From the NCBI GenBank assembly GCA_913058575.1, contig CAJXRF010000001.1, positions 39,056 through 103,055 on the forward strand: a DNA stretch of 64,000 nucleotides, given 5' to 3'. The notes under the pieces were generated by a model. That model had not been told where the DNA came from, did no database searches, and saw only the letters and a list, made by a program, of their open reading frames with translations. This DNA is from an uncultured Bermanella sp. (GTDB taxonomy: Bacteria > Pseudomonadota > Gammaproteobacteria > Pseudomonadales > Oceanobacteraceae). The translations under genes were made by a program, and so were the position numbers. Within the stretch, counting starts at the first letter, position 1; each line of letters begins with the position of its first letter. This document shows positions 45,223-55,994 of the stretch, piece by piece.

Positions 45223-46035
45223 ATGGATATCAGTAAGTCAGACTTTACGTTGTTTCGAGAATTTTTAGAGCGAGTTTGCGGAATACTGTTAGGAGACAAT
45301 AAAGAGTACCTTGTGGCCAGCCGCTTGCGGGGGATCATGAAGGATAAAAATTTACCCACCATCACCGAGTTAGTTAAGAAGATAGAAGTTGATACGAAGC
45401 TGTGTGAAGAGGTGGTAGATGCCATGACCACCAATGAAACCCTGTGGTTTAGAGATGCCCACCCTTTTAAAATACTTCAAAACAAATTACTACCCGAAAT
45501 ATGCGCTAAACAAAAAAGTGTAGATATTTGGTGTGCAGCCTCTTCCACGGGGCAAGAACCTTATTCGATAAGTATGATTATTGAGGAATTTAAACGCGGT
45601 AACCCTGGAAAATTAACGTCTGAAAAAGTCATGGCCACCGATATTTCAAGTTCTGTTTTAGATGCAGCTCGAAAGGGAGAGTATGATCAACTGGCGCTAG
45701 GGCGAGGCATGCCAGAAGATTTATTAAGTCGCTATTTTGGTAAAAGTGAAAATGGCTGGAAGGTAAATTCTAATGTGGCTACCCGAGTGCAATTTAGAAT
45801 GCTAAATCTGCTTCATTCTTATTCGTTGTTAGGGCGTTACGACATTGTATTTTGCCGTAATGTTCTTATTTATTTTTCAAGTGATCTTAAAAAAGACATT
45901 CTTACTCGCATTCATGGGGCATTAAAGCCCGGCGGGTATTTGTTTTTAGGAGCCAGTGAAGCACTAAGTGGCCTGTCAGATAAATTTGAAATGGTGCAAT
46001 GCTCCCCTGGCATAATATACCGCAGAAAAGATTAA
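45223..46035 (+). CDS. cheR: Chemotaxis methyltransferase CheR
   Basis: AMTTNETLWFRD, IWCAASSTGQEPYS, DIVFCRNVLIYF. Confidence 0.97.
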   Translation: MDISKSDFTLFREFLERVCGILLGDNKEYLVASRLRGIMKDKNLPTITELVKKIEVDTKLCEEVVDAMTTNETLWFRDAHPFKILQNKLLPEICAKQKSVDIWCAASSTGQEPYSISMIIEEFKRGNPGKLTSEKVMATDISSSVLDAARKGEYDQLALGRGMPEDLLSRYFGKSENGWKVNSNVATRVQFRMLNLLHSYSLLGRYDIVFCRNVLIYFSSDLKKDILTRIHGALKPGGYLFLGASEALSGLSDKFEMVQCSPGIIYRRKD

Positions 46036-46350
46036 CCCTTATAAATTAAGGGGGAAGCCCCAGCACACATTGTGGGCGCTGCACTGTATGCTTGGGGTCA
46101 CGCAGAGAAAGTAATCAATTAATAGAGATTTCCTTAGGCCTTCTTTAATTATAAGGCTTAGTTTATCATTTTTTTGTTAGCGAAATGTCTGTGCAAAAAT
46201 CCCCTCTCTTTTGTTTCATTTTAATAAGCCTTTAACACTTCTAATGAAGCATTGAAGTATCACCCGCTTTTTGTCCTTAACGGCAATGATTGCCGCTATT
46301 TTTCTGGTCTACCTTCTTGTAACTCTTTGAATTGTATGGAAATACTGTTT

Positions 46351-46366
46351 TGGCATGGGCGTTGCT
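46351..46366 (+). promoter_or_regulatory. Sigma-54 promoter for the flgB operon
   Basis: TGGCAT-GGGCG-TTGCT. Confidence 0.75.
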
Positions 46367-46415
46367 CTATTAATATCAATTGTAATTTAATAGAAATCGA
46401 AGCACAGGTGGCAAC

Positions 46416-46808
46416 ATGTCAGCATTGGGATTCAAAAATTCATTGGGCATTCATGAAAATACTCTGCAGCTAAGGGCCGCTCGTGCTGAGGTGTTGGCTA
46501 ATAACCTTGCTAATTCCGACACCCCTCATTTTAAAGCGCGTGATTTTGATTTTAATTCGGTACTTGAAGGTGAGAGCAAGCGTTCCCTTGCCATGAATGT
46601 GACCAATGAAAGTCATCAACATGGCAATGTAAATACCGAAACAGAGCTTCAATTTCGTAACCCTTACCAGCCCGCTATTGATGGCAATACTGTAGACAGT
46701 CAAATGGAACAATCTTTTTATACCGAAAATGCTTTGCGTTACAACGCATCTTTCCAGTTTTTAACCGGAAAATTTAAAGGCTTAACCGGTGCTATCAAAG
46801 GTCAGTAA
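46416..46808 (+). CDS. flgB: Basal-body rod protein FlgB
   Basis: RAEVLANNLANSDTPHFKARD, IDGNTVD. Confidence 0.96.
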   Translation: MSALGFKNSLGIHENTLQLRAARAEVLANNLANSDTPHFKARDFDFNSVLEGESKRSLAMNVTNESHQHGNVNTETELQFRNPYQPAIDGNTVDSQMEQSFYTENALRYNASFQFLTGKFKGLTGAIKGQ

Positions 46809-46840
46809 TAAATTTACTCATTGAGTCGTTGGAGAATGAT

Positions 46841-47287
46841 ATGTCACTTACGAATGTATTTAATATTGCCGGTACTGGCATGAATGCCCAGTCTATTCGA
46901 CTTAACACGACCGCCAGTAATATTGCCAATGCCGAAACCGTGGGGTCCAGCGAAGGAGACACTTATAAAGCACGTAAGCCTTGGTTCAGCGTTTTAGAAA
47001 AACAGTGGAATGACGTGGATCGTTTAAATCGTAAACTAGATGTGCGTAGCCAAATGGGAGACGGTGTCAAAATAGATGGCATTGTTGAAAGTGAAGCCCC
47101 TCTTAAAAAGCGTTTTGAACCTAATCACCCCATGGCTGATGAAGAAGGTTATGTTTTATACCCCAATGTAAATATAGTGGAAGAAATGACCGACATGATG
47201 TCTTCATCACGAAGCTATCAAATGAATGTAGAAGTCATGAAAACCGCCAAACAAATGCTGCAACGTACTCTTACATTAGGGCAGTAA
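46841..47287 (+). CDS. flgC: Basal-body rod protein FlgC
   Basis: AQSIRLNTTASNIANAET, HPMADEEGYVLYPNVN, RSYQMN; track start is 46829. Confidence 0.96.
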   Translation: MSLTNVFNIAGTGMNAQSIRLNTTASNIANAETVGSSEGDTYKARKPWFSVLEKQWNDVDRLNRKLDVRSQMGDGVKIDGIVESEAPLKKRFEPNHPMADEEGYVLYPNVNIVEEMTDMMSSSRSYQMNVEVMKTAKQMLQRTLTLGQ

Positions 47288-47345
47288 GTCATTATGTTAA
47301 AAGAATGTATTTATAAAAATAGAAGTATAAAACGAGGGGGCCATC

Positions 47346-48134
47346 ATGGCTGAAGTCAATAATGTTGGCACTGCACAAACAGCACTGGGTCAATATTCGT
47401 CCGATAACCTTGCTGTAGAAAAAGACAACGAGCTGGGTAAAAACGAGTTCATGGAACTGCTGGTTGCACAAATGAACAACCAGAATCCTTTAGAGCCACA
47501 AGACAACACCGAATTTATTGCTCAGTTAGCTCAGTTCAGTCAGGTAGAGGGCACTGAGAATTTAAATTCAACCGTCAGTGATATGGCCGGGGATTTACGC
47601 TCCAGCCAAGCCTTACAAGCATCTTCCATGGTGGGGCAATCTGTCATCGTACCCGGCAATGAAGCGGGCTATTTACAAACGGGTGATTTAATCGCAGGGT
47701 TTGCTGAGTTGCCAGTGACCACTACAAATTTATCGGTGCAAATTCAAACCGCTTCAGGACAATCTTTAGAAACCATTCATTTAGGGCATCATGGACAAGG
47801 GCCTGTTTCATTAAGATGGGATGGCGCCAATTTAGAAATGGACGGTGAAATTATTGAATTAGATCGCAGTCTTTTGAATCGAAAAGATTACTTAGTGGAT
47901 GAAGAAGGAGAAGTATTAACAGACAGTGCGGGCAATCCGGTGCCATCGCCATATCCCCCAGGTGGATACAAATTTGTCATGAGCGCTTCTATTGATGGAA
48001 AAAATGAAACGCTCGATACAGCCATGAGTGGCAAGGTGGATAGCGTCACTATAGGAAGTAATTCTTCCGTGACTTTAAACTTGGCCGGTGGAACAAAAGC
48101 CGCACTAAGTGAAGTGAAACAAATTTTAGATTAA
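47346..48134 (+). CDS. flgD: Hook capping protein FlgD
   Basis: LGKNEFMELLVAQMNNQNPLEP, FIAQLAQFS. Confidence 0.95.
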   Translation: MAEVNNVGTAQTALGQYSSDNLAVEKDNELGKNEFMELLVAQMNNQNPLEPQDNTEFIAQLAQFSQVEGTENLNSTVSDMAGDLRSSQALQASSMVGQSVIVPGNEAGYLQTGDLIAGFAELPVTTTNLSVQIQTASGQSLETIHLGHHGQGPVSLRWDGANLEMDGEIIELDRSLLNRKDYLVDEEGEVLTDSAGNPVPSPYPPGGYKFVMSASIDGKNETLDTAMSGKVDSVTIGSNSSVTLNLAGGTKAALSEVKQILD

Positions 48135-48233
48135 TTTTAATTACCCTAGTAACGGGTTGAACACACTAAACATGAATGCCATTAAAAATTTAACCTAATT
48201 ACAGTTACTTTTTTAAGGCGTGAGGAGCAGGAA

Positions 48234-51200
48234 ATGGCGTTTAATATTGGCTTAAGTGGTATTCGTGCTGCTGCAACGGATTTGGAAGTAACTGGTAATA
48301 ATGTGGCCAATGCCAGTACCACGGGTTTCAAACAAAGCCGAGCAGAATTTGCTGATGTATTTACCACCACCATTTTAGGAACAGGCACCACCCCTGTGGG
48401 TAGTGGCGTGTTAGTGGATAATGTTCGTCAAGAATTTAGCCAAGGCAATATAAGTGGAACCGGCAATGCGTTAGACATGGCCGTTGATGGCACAGGTTTT
48501 TTTATTTTAAATGATCAGGGTACCGAATCTTACACTCGCGCTGGTGTATTTGGTTTAGATAAAGATGGCTTCGTGGTGGCCAATAGTGGTGCCCGTGTTC
48601 AAGGATATGAAGCCAATGATACCGGCGTGGTTAATGGGGTATTAGGGGATTTGCAAATTGTTATTGGGAACCAACCCCCTGCGTTAACCTCCAGAGTGTC
48701 TTCAATTTTAAATCTGGATGCTTCTGAATTAGTGAAGCAAGAATTGGGTCAGCGTTTAGTGTCAAATGGCTTAGCCATAGCCAATCCTGATTCCGGCATC
48801 GCCGCTGATACCAGCTCTACTTTTGCCACAGTGAACCAGCCTACAACGGCTGGTACCCGAACCGACCATACCTTTGACGGAGTGGGTTCCATCGATTGGG
48901 GAACCGATGCTCAATTCACCACCCCCAATGCTACACTGGCCATGGGCATAGATTTAGACCCACTTGATGGCACCGGTATCCAAACCATTGCCATTCCAGC
49001 AGTGGCAGCTGCTGCCAGTCAAACTCAAATGATTACAGATGTATTAAGTGCCATACAATTAGAGCTTGATACTGCTTTTGGAATTAATGAATTTGAAGCC
49101 ACGACAGATCCTGTTGACTATGCCAACGCATTACCTGGAACTGTGTCCTTTTCATTGGAAAGAGTGGGCTTTGATGCAACAGCAGGTATAGGTTTTGGTA
49201 TTTCAAGTCCCACCGGTGATTGGACTAATGTCATTGGTACACTTGCCTCTGCTACTGTCACCACCGCAGCGGCGGGTGCCAATTTATTTGTAGGTTCCAA
49301 CCCGTTAACGGCTGACTTAAGAAGTATTCCTGGTACTCCTACCACCACTCGAACGGTGGCGACTCCACCATTGTCCATGACTGACTTCATAGCAGGTGGC
49401 GCAGCTGTATTAACCGGTACAGCAGCAGGACCTTTTGATTTAAGTGGCGCGAATACCATTACAGTGCAAGTACAAGTGACCGATAATTTGGGCACCACCA
49501 GTACCACGAATGTCGTGTTGGATAACACCACAGGCGGTACAGCCGCCGCGACAACATTAGCCGAAGTAGAGGCCGCTTTTACCGCAGCATTAGGGGCGGA
49601 TGTGGTCGCCACTCAACCACCTTTAACTTTCACCGGCACAGGGGGCAATGAGAATGGCGGTACCATTGCGTTAGTGCCCACAGTAGAAACCGGCATCACA
49701 TTATCTACACTGGGTTTTAGTAGCAGTAATCGCCTTAACATCGGCACGGCAGATATCACGCCTAATAATATTTTCAACATTCAAGTGACGGGCCCTACAA
49801 CAGCGGATGATTCTGCTGCTTGGAATATTACAGTTCCTGCAAACAGCTATGCCACTCTTGATGATTTGGCAGCGGCTGTACAAACTGAAATAGATTTATT
49901 AATTGGTGCAACCGGCATTGCCGGTAGAGTTCAAGTGGAAGGCGTAGGGGGTCAACTTTTATTTACTAACACTGAAGTAGGTGCTGGCTACGCCACTGTA
50001 TTAACGCAGCACTCTACTTATTTGCCGACGGCCGATGCTGCTTCATCCTATTCATCGTTGGGCTTTAATAATATGTTTAGCATCACAGGGACCGACGACA
50101 TAGACAAAACCAATTCATTTAGAATTAACTTAACGGTGCCAGCACCAGATACCGATGGTCGGTCTGGCACCACCACCATTACTTTAGATGAAGATTTTAG
50201 ATCAGTGCAGCAAGTGGCAGCTTCTATTAACCGCCAAATAAGTTCATTAGATTCAGAAGCTTTTATTGGTGTACGCGCAGAGGCTATCGAGATTGAGCCT
50301 AATGTGGTCCCCCCTGAATACAAGCTACAGTTTGTGGCAACCGAAAGCGGTGAAGCCAGCATTATTACCATCACTGAATTTATCGCATCAGGAGCCGACG
50401 TAACGGTAGATGAATTGTATGGCCTTATTCAAGTAGATGAAGATGATAATAGCTTACTGACTTTGGGCATTGAAGGGGTAACCAATGAGTACCCTGAAAC
50501 ACAAGTAACTTTAACCGATCCCGACGGAATTGAAACAGTATTAACCATTCCTGAAGACAGCGAGGCTAATGCCACGGCCAGCATTTTTAATCGCCAGCCA
50601 GGTATAACGGCGTCGGCCTCGACCACCGCTACAGTTACCCAATCTGGTTACAACAGCCCGGGTAACAATTTAAAGTTAACGGTAAATGGTCAAGCACTCA
50701 CGTCTACTAGTTTGGAGGACCTGGCAGAAGAAATTAATAGCTATTTTTCTACCACCCTTCCAGGCTTTGATGCGCAAATAGATGACGGTGGTGATCTGGT
50801 TATTAATAACACCATAGGTCGAGATATATTAATTGAAATCACCTCACCTACCGTAACCGATAGCATTGTGGTTACCGGTTCAGCTAACGCTGGCCCTGTG
50901 GTATTAGGGGGCACAGCAACCGCGGATTCAGCCGTGGCAGTGGGGGGTACAATAGAATTTATTTTAAATGAAGATTACTCCCTTTCTAGCCCCGTGCCTG
51001 CTATATCGGGCATTTTTGGCGCTTTAAGCGCCGATGAATTCGAAGATTTTGTTATCAATAGTTTTGATCCTGATAACCAAGACACTTACAACCATGCCAC
51101 GTCTACCACTATCTATGATAGCTTAGGCAACAGTCATATCATGACGCAATTCTTCGTAAAAGAGCCTTCTGATCCTACTCGCCCAACGGAAGAAAATATT

Positions 51201-51896
51201 TGGGCAATGTATGTGCGAATTGATGGGCAAGATGTGGGGGACCCTGATTCAACTTTAACCTTTCCTGAAAACTTAGCACCCACTTCGGCACGTTTTGAAT
51301 TATTTTTTAATTCCGATGGCTCATTAGATGAACTTACCAGTGGCGAGTTTTATGTGACTAACTGGGATCCCATAGATGAAAGTGGTGAAGCCACAGGGTC
51401 TTTAAGCTCGGTAAATATTTTAGAAGGGGGCTTGCCGTTAACAGAACCTGCCACCAGTTCAAACTTTCAAATATTTCTGGACGGCTCCACGCAATTTGCC
51501 AGTGCCTTTAGTGTTACCGAGGTGTCTCAGAACGGGTTTACCACAGGGCGGTTAACAGGTTTAGAAATTGATAGCGATGGACTCATGTTTGCCCGATTTA
51601 CCAATGGGCAAGCGCAAGTACTGGGTCAGGTAGCCCTGGCCAGTTTTAAAAACCCAGAAGGGTTAAACCCATTAGGGGCTACTTCTTGGGGGGAAACGTT
51701 TGAATCTGGTGGGGCAACGGTGGGTTCGCCGCGAACGGGTACCTTTGGCAATTTAAGATCATCAGCGCTTGAAGATTCCAATGTAGATTTATCTGAAGAG
51801 TTGGTGGGGCTTATTATTGCTCAGCGAAATTTCCAAGCCAGCGCCAAAACCATAGAAACATCCGACACCGTAACCCAGACCATTATCCAGCTTTAA
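48234..51896 (+). CDS. flgE: Flagellar hook protein FlgE, unusually long (1220 aa)
   Basis: Canonical ends (VTGNNVANASTTGFK; YTRAG; IYDSLGNSH; ALEDSNVDLSEELVGLIIAQRNFQASAKTI) around a ~780-aa insertion. Confidence 0.95.
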   Translation: MAFNIGLSGIRAAATDLEVTGNNVANASTTGFKQSRAEFADVFTTTILGTGTTPVGSGVLVDNVRQEFSQGNISGTGNALDMAVDGTGFFILNDQGTESYTRAGVFGLDKDGFVVANSGARVQGYEANDTGVVNGVLGDLQIVIGNQPPALTSRVSSILNLDASELVKQELGQRLVSNGLAIANPDSGIAADTSSTFATVNQPTTAGTRTDHTFDGVGSIDWGTDAQFTTPNATLAMGIDLDPLDGTGIQTIAIPAVAAAASQTQMITDVLSAIQLELDTAFGINEFEATTDPVDYANALPGTVSFSLERVGFDATAGIGFGISSPTGDWTNVIGTLASATVTTAAAGANLFVGSNPLTADLRSIPGTPTTTRTVATPPLSMTDFIAGGAAVLTGTAAGPFDLSGANTITVQVQVTDNLGTTSTTNVVLDNTTGGTAAATTLAEVEAAFTAALGADVVATQPPLTFTGTGGNENGGTIALVPTVETGITLSTLGFSSSNRLNIGTADITPNNIFNIQVTGPTTADDSAAWNITVPANSYATLDDLAAAVQTEIDLLIGATGIAGRVQVEGVGGQLLFTNTEVGAGYATVLTQHSTYLPTADAASSYSSLGFNNMFSITGTDDIDKTNSFRINLTVPAPDTDGRSGTTTITLDEDFRSVQQVAASINRQISSLDSEAFIGVRAEAIEIEPNVVPPEYKLQFVATESGEASIITITEFIASGADVTVDELYGLIQVDEDDNSLLTLGIEGVTNEYPETQVTLTDPDGIETVLTIPEDSEANATASIFNRQPGITASASTTATVTQSGYNSPGNNLKLTVNGQALTSTSLEDLAEEINSYFSTTLPGFDAQIDDGGDLVINNTIGRDILIEITSPTVTDSIVVTGSANAGPVVLGGTATADSAVAVGGTIEFILNEDYSLSSPVPAISGIFGALSADEFEDFVINSFDPDNQDTYNHATSTTIYDSLGNSHIMTQFFVKEPSDPTRPTEENIWAMYVRIDGQDVGDPDSTLTFPENLAPTSARFELFFNSDGSLDELTSGEFYVTNWDPIDESGEATGSLSSVNILEGGLPLTEPATSSNFQIFLDGSTQFASAFSVTEVSQNGFTTGRLTGLEIDSDGLMFARFTNGQAQVLGQVALASFKNPEGLNPLGATSWGETFESGGATVGSPRTGTFGNLRSSALEDSNVDLSEELVGLIIAQRNFQASAKTIETSDTVTQTIIQL

Positions 51897-51913
51897 TAAA
51901 AAGCATGTTTAAT

Positions 51914-51957
51914 GTAAATAAAGCGGCAAGCATGGTAAAGCTTGCCGCTTTATTTAC
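51914..51957. terminator. Perfect 18-bp inverted repeat after flgE (terminator and/or enhancer site)
   Basis: gtaaataaagcggcaagc-8 nt-gcttgccgctttatttac. Confidence 0.75.
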
Positions 51958-52044
51958 GCTTATTTTTATGTTCTTTGTTCTTATTGGCCGTAAGCCACCT
52001 AACGAATATAAATACTTGTTCATTTCCTTTGTTTAATGCCCATT

Positions 52045-52060
52045 TGGCACTCACCTTGCA
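52045..52060 (+). promoter_or_regulatory. Sigma-54 promoter for flgF
   Basis: TGGCAC-TCACC-TTGCA, a consensus match. Confidence 0.85.
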
Positions 52061-52107
52061 ACTTTGTAAATAGATCAAATTAAGTTTATTAAGCCAAGGA
52101 GTCTTTC

Positions 52108-52857
52108 ATGGATCATGCACTGTATATCGCCATGTCGGGTGCCAAACACAATGCATTGGGTGTTGCAGCCTCATCAAACAACCTTGCCAATGTGAGTACC
52201 ACCGGTTTTCGTCAAGATTTTGAACAAGCGCGCTCCATGCCGGTGTTTGGTGATTTTTATCCTACCCGTGCTTATGCAATGGAAGAGCGCCCAGCCAGTG
52301 ACTTTAATCCAGGCACATTAATTCATACCGATCGTGATTTAGATTTAGCCATTGAGAATGAAGGCTGGTTTGCTGTGCAGGACGACAGTGGTGAAGAAGC
52401 TTATACCCGTCGGGGGGATTTACGAGTAGACAGTGTCGGACGTCTTTTAAATGGTGAAGGTAAACAACTTATTGGCAATGGTGGCCCGATTGTTTTACCG
52501 CCATTTGAAAAAATAGAGATTGCAAAAGACGGAACGGTTTCAGTGGTGGCTTTAGGAGAAGAGCCAGCTGTAGTTGCCAACGTGAGCCAATTAAAACTGG
52601 TGAAACCAGATTTATCTGAAATGGAAAAAGGCGTTGATGGGTTATTTCATATGCGCGGTGCTCAACCTGGGGATGTCCAGCCATTTGATGCGGGTGTGGT
52701 ATTAGAAGTGGGGCATTTAGAGCACAGTAACGTGAATTCTGTTCAAGCCCTTACCGATATGTTGTCTTTACAAAGACAGTATGAGATGCAAGTGAAAATG
52801 ATGAAAACCGTTGATGAAAATGCTCAAACTACGTCCTCTATTTTAGATATTCAGTAG
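52108..52857 (+). CDS. flgF: Basal-body rod protein FlgF
   Basis: MDHALYIAMSGA, NNLANVSTTGFR, EEAYTRRGD. Confidence 0.96.
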   Translation: MDHALYIAMSGAKHNALGVAASSNNLANVSTTGFRQDFEQARSMPVFGDFYPTRAYAMEERPASDFNPGTLIHTDRDLDLAIENEGWFAVQDDSGEEAYTRRGDLRVDSVGRLLNGEGKQLIGNGGPIVLPPFEKIEIAKDGTVSVVALGEEPAVVANVSQLKLVKPDLSEMEKGVDGLFHMRGAQPGDVQPFDAGVVLEVGHLEHSNVNSVQALTDMLSLQRQYEMQVKMMKTVDENAQTTSSILDIQ

Positions 52858-52896
52858 TGATGAATAAATTTCAACTTATTAAAGGCAGTTAATATT

Positions 52897-53682
52897 ATGA
52901 TGAATGCATTGTGGGTAAGTAAAACAGGCTTGAATGCCCAAGATCATGGCTTATCTGTTATTTCAAATAACTTAGCAAACGTAGCCACCACGGGTTTTAA
53001 AAAAGACCGTGCTGTTTTTGAAGATTTAATTTATCAAATTCAACGCCAACCCGGCGCATTGTCTAGTCAGGACAGTCGGTTACCTTCAGGTTTACAAATA
53101 GGTACCGGTGTAAAAGTGGCAGGTACTCAAAAGATTTTCACAACAGGAGGACTGCAAGAAACCTCGCAACCACTTGATTTAGCCATTAATGGGCGAGGCT
53201 TTTTTCAAATAGCTATGCCTGATGGCACTGTGTCTTACACTCGTGATGGGACATTTCACATGGATGCCGAAGGACAGTTGGTCAATGCTACCGGTTTTTT
53301 ACTGGAGCCCGCCATTACCATTCCCGATCAAACTAATACGCTTACCATTAGCCGTGACGGCATTGTCAGCACCACTATTTTTGGCGAAACCGAACCCACT
53401 GAAATTGGCCAAATTGATGTGGTGGATTTTATAAATCCAGCAGGTTTGCAGGCAATAGGGGGAAATTTATTTTTAGAAACAGCTTCAAGTGGTGCACCAC
53501 AAGTTGGAGTGGCAGGAGAAGGGGGTTATGGGGCAATGGAGCAAGGGTTTTTAGAAAACTCTAACGTCAATGTTGTAGAGGAAATGGTGCAAATGATCAC
53601 GGTACAGCGAGCTTATGAAATGAATTCGAAAGTGGTTTCTTCGGCCGATCAAATGCTGCAGTACTTAGCACAGAACACCTAA
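52897..53682 (+). CDS. flgG: Distal rod protein FlgG
   Basis: ALWVSKTGL, GLQIGTGVK, YTRDGTF, AYEMNSKVVS. Confidence 0.97.
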   Translation: MMNALWVSKTGLNAQDHGLSVISNNLANVATTGFKKDRAVFEDLIYQIQRQPGALSSQDSRLPSGLQIGTGVKVAGTQKIFTTGGLQETSQPLDLAINGRGFFQIAMPDGTVSYTRDGTFHMDAEGQLVNATGFLLEPAITIPDQTNTLTISRDGIVSTTIFGETEPTEIGQIDVVDFINPAGLQAIGGNLFLETASSGAPQVGVAGEGGYGAMEQGFLENSNVNVVEEMVQMITVQRAYEMNSKVVSSADQMLQYLAQNT

Positions 53683-53721
53683 TAAAAAGTAAAGTAACAG
53701 TTAAGTTTTACAGGGGGAAGT

Positions 53722-54393
53722 ATGAAAGTCATCAGCATCAGTTTATTAATATTATTACTTAATGCTTGCAGTTCGATTATGCCCATGGCCGAAAAACCCG
53801 ATGACCCTAAGTATGCCCCCGTGCCTGCACAATCATTAAAGCCGCCACCAGTAACGAATGGGTCGCTCTTTCAAGATCATTATGCCATTTCACTTTATAG
53901 TGACCAAAGGGCTAGACGTATAGGTGATGTGATTACGGTGGTATTGCAAGAGCAAACCAATGCGCAAAAATCCAATTCTACTAATACTCAAAAAGACACT
54001 GAAATCACCATGGGAGCAGGGCCCACGTCTCTATTCGGCTCAAATGTTTCTTTTTTACAAGCAGGTGTTGTAGATGAACGATCTTTTACTGGCAAAGGAG
54101 ATAGCGGGCAGAGTAACAGTTTACAAGGGCAAATAACCGTGACCATTAGTGATGTCTTACCCAATGGTATATTAGAAGTACGAGGTGAAAAATGGTTGAG
54201 TTTAAATGAAGGTGATGAATTTATTCGCGTGCAAGGGTTAATACGCCCACAGGATATTAGTGCCGATAATACGGTTCAATCCACTAAACTTGCCGATGCA
54301 CGCATCAGTTATGGTGGCACGGGATCAGTGGCAAATGCCAGTAAACCTGGTTGGATGAGTAACTTTTTTAGCAGTCCTTGGTGGCCATTTTAA
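53722..54393 (+). CDS. flgH: L-ring lipoprotein FlgH
   Basis: Lipobox LNAC, DQRARRIGDVITV, LPNGILEVRGEK. Confidence 0.96.
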   Translation: MKVISISLLILLLNACSSIMPMAEKPDDPKYAPVPAQSLKPPPVTNGSLFQDHYAISLYSDQRARRIGDVITVVLQEQTNAQKSNSTNTQKDTEITMGAGPTSLFGSNVSFLQAGVVDERSFTGKGDSGQSNSLQGQITVTISDVLPNGILEVRGEKWLSLNEGDEFIRVQGLIRPQDISADNTVQSTKLADARISYGGTGSVANASKPGWMSNFFSSPWWPF

Positions 54394-54473
54394 ACTTATA
54401 GCAATACTTGCTTGAGTGATATAGCCAATCGTTTCTTTACAGGGTGAATGAATATGTTCATAAAGAGATTATC

Positions 54474-55565
54474 ATGAAGTATATACGGTTTATGTTTACA
54501 TTTTTATTGGTGATCTCTCAGTTGAGCTATGCTCAACGCATAAAGGACATTACCACGGTGGCAGGGGTGCGCTCTAATCAATTAGTGGGGTACGGCCTTG
54601 TGGTGGGTTTAGATGGCACTGGCGATAAAGCCCCTTTCACCAATCAGACTTTCATAAACATGATGAATGAATTTGGTATTACCATTCCCCCAGGTACAGA
54701 CCCCAAACTCAAAAATGTGGCGGCCGTGTCTTTAACCGCCAAACTCCCTCCGTTTGCAAAACCGGGTCAGCATATTGATGTGACCACTTCTTCTATTGGT
54801 AATGCAAAAAGTTTGCGAGGAGGAACATTATTATTTGCTCCCTTGCGTGGAGCCGATGGACAGATTTATGCCGTGGCTCAAGGAAACTTGGTGGTAGGAG
54901 GCTTTGGTGCTGAAGGGGCGGATGGCTCTAAGATTACCGTCAATGTACCAAGCGTAGGGCGAATTCCAAATGGCGCTACAGTAGAGCGAGCAGTAGCCAA
55001 TGCCTTTTCCCGCGGAGACAGCTTAACGCTTAATTTAAACAGTCCAGACTTTACCACTGCCAAACGATTATCCGACAGAATTAATGGTTTGCTTGGGCCA
55101 GAAACCGCTTATTCTGTGGATGCAACATCGGTCAGAGTGAGCGCCCCAAGAGACCCCAATCAACGAGTGGCCTTTTTGTCTTTAATAGAAAATCTAGTGA
55201 TTACCCCAGGAGAAGCCACCGCTAAAGTCATCATTAATAGCCGCACTGGCACCATTGTTATAGGGAAACATGTGGTCATTGATGCGGTGGCCGTGACGCA
55301 TGGCAGTCTGACAGTCACTGTGAAGGAAAACCTTGAAGTGAATCAACCAGGGGCTTTTGCAAATGGGGAAACTGCCATTGTGCCTAAAACAGAAGTAAAT
55401 ATAGATGAGGAGAATAATCGCATGTTTGTGTTTGCACCAGGCGTGTCTCTTGATGAAATAGTAAAAGCCGTTAATGAAGTAGGCGCGGCACCAGGGGATT
55501 TAATGGCCATACTAGAAGCGTTAAAACAGGCTGGTGCGTTAAATGCTGAATTGATCGTGATTTAG
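54474..55565 (+). CDS. flgI: P-ring protein FlgI
   Basis: [34 protein letters not shown]; track start is 54444. Confidence 0.97.
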   Translation: MKYIRFMFTFLLVISQLSYAQRIKDITTVAGVRSNQLVGYGLVVGLDGTGDKAPFTNQTFINMMNEFGITIPPGTDPKLKNVAAVSLTAKLPPFAKPGQHIDVTTSSIGNAKSLRGGTLLFAPLRGADGQIYAVAQGNLVVGGFGAEGADGSKITVNVPSVGRIPNGATVERAVANAFSRGDSLTLNLNSPDFTTAKRLSDRINGLLGPETAYSVDATSVRVSAPRDPNQRVAFLSLIENLVITPGEATAKVIINSRTGTIVIGKHVVIDAVAVTHGSLTVTVKENLEVNQPGAFANGETAIVPKTEVNIDEENNRMFVFAPGVSLDEIVKAVNEVGAAPGDLMAILEALKQAGALNAELIVI

Positions 55566-55577
55566 AGTGTTCGTATA

Positions 55578-55904
55578 ATGACTATTCAGGAAAATAAGCA
55601 AAAATTTTTTAAAACAATAGAGCAATACAATGATGCAATTACCACATGCATCGATCAGGATAATATCTCGGCATTACAAGATACCTATAAAATAAGGGAT
55701 AAGCTTATTCATGATTTTTTCAATGAATTCTCCTCAATATTGACCGATGACGACCAAGCTTTTTTCGAAAAATTAAAGGCGTTTGACTCTGATGTCACGA
55801 AGACCATGAAAGGCGTAAAGAATTCCATTGTGGATGAGGTTTCATTTAGAAAAAAATCTCGCTCTGGCATAAATAATTATCAACAAATCTCTAAAGAAAA
55901 ATAA
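55578..55904 (+). CDS. Small helical protein, FliT-like pattern
   Basis: All-helical 108 aa with RDKLI and terminal KSRSGINNY, reminiscent of FliT chaperones. Confidence 0.5.
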   Translation: MTIQENKQKFFKTIEQYNDAITTCIDQDNISALQDTYKIRDKLIHDFFNEFSSILTDDDQAFFEKLKAFDSDVTKTMKGVKNSIVDEVSFRKKSRSGINNYQQISKEK

Positions 55905-55994
55905 CGGCCGATCCCCCCCAATTTGTTTCACCTAGCGGCTAAATATAGCCGCCTCCTTTGTTCTAACCCTTTGTTTTATAAGAAAAAATAACAT

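Noticed and set aside
46050-46120. Possible c-di-GMP-I riboswitch upstream of flgB (ggtcacgca)
   Set aside because: Lacks the GGCAAA/GAAA tetraloop/GACGCAAAGC core; only an imperfect hairpin after cheR.
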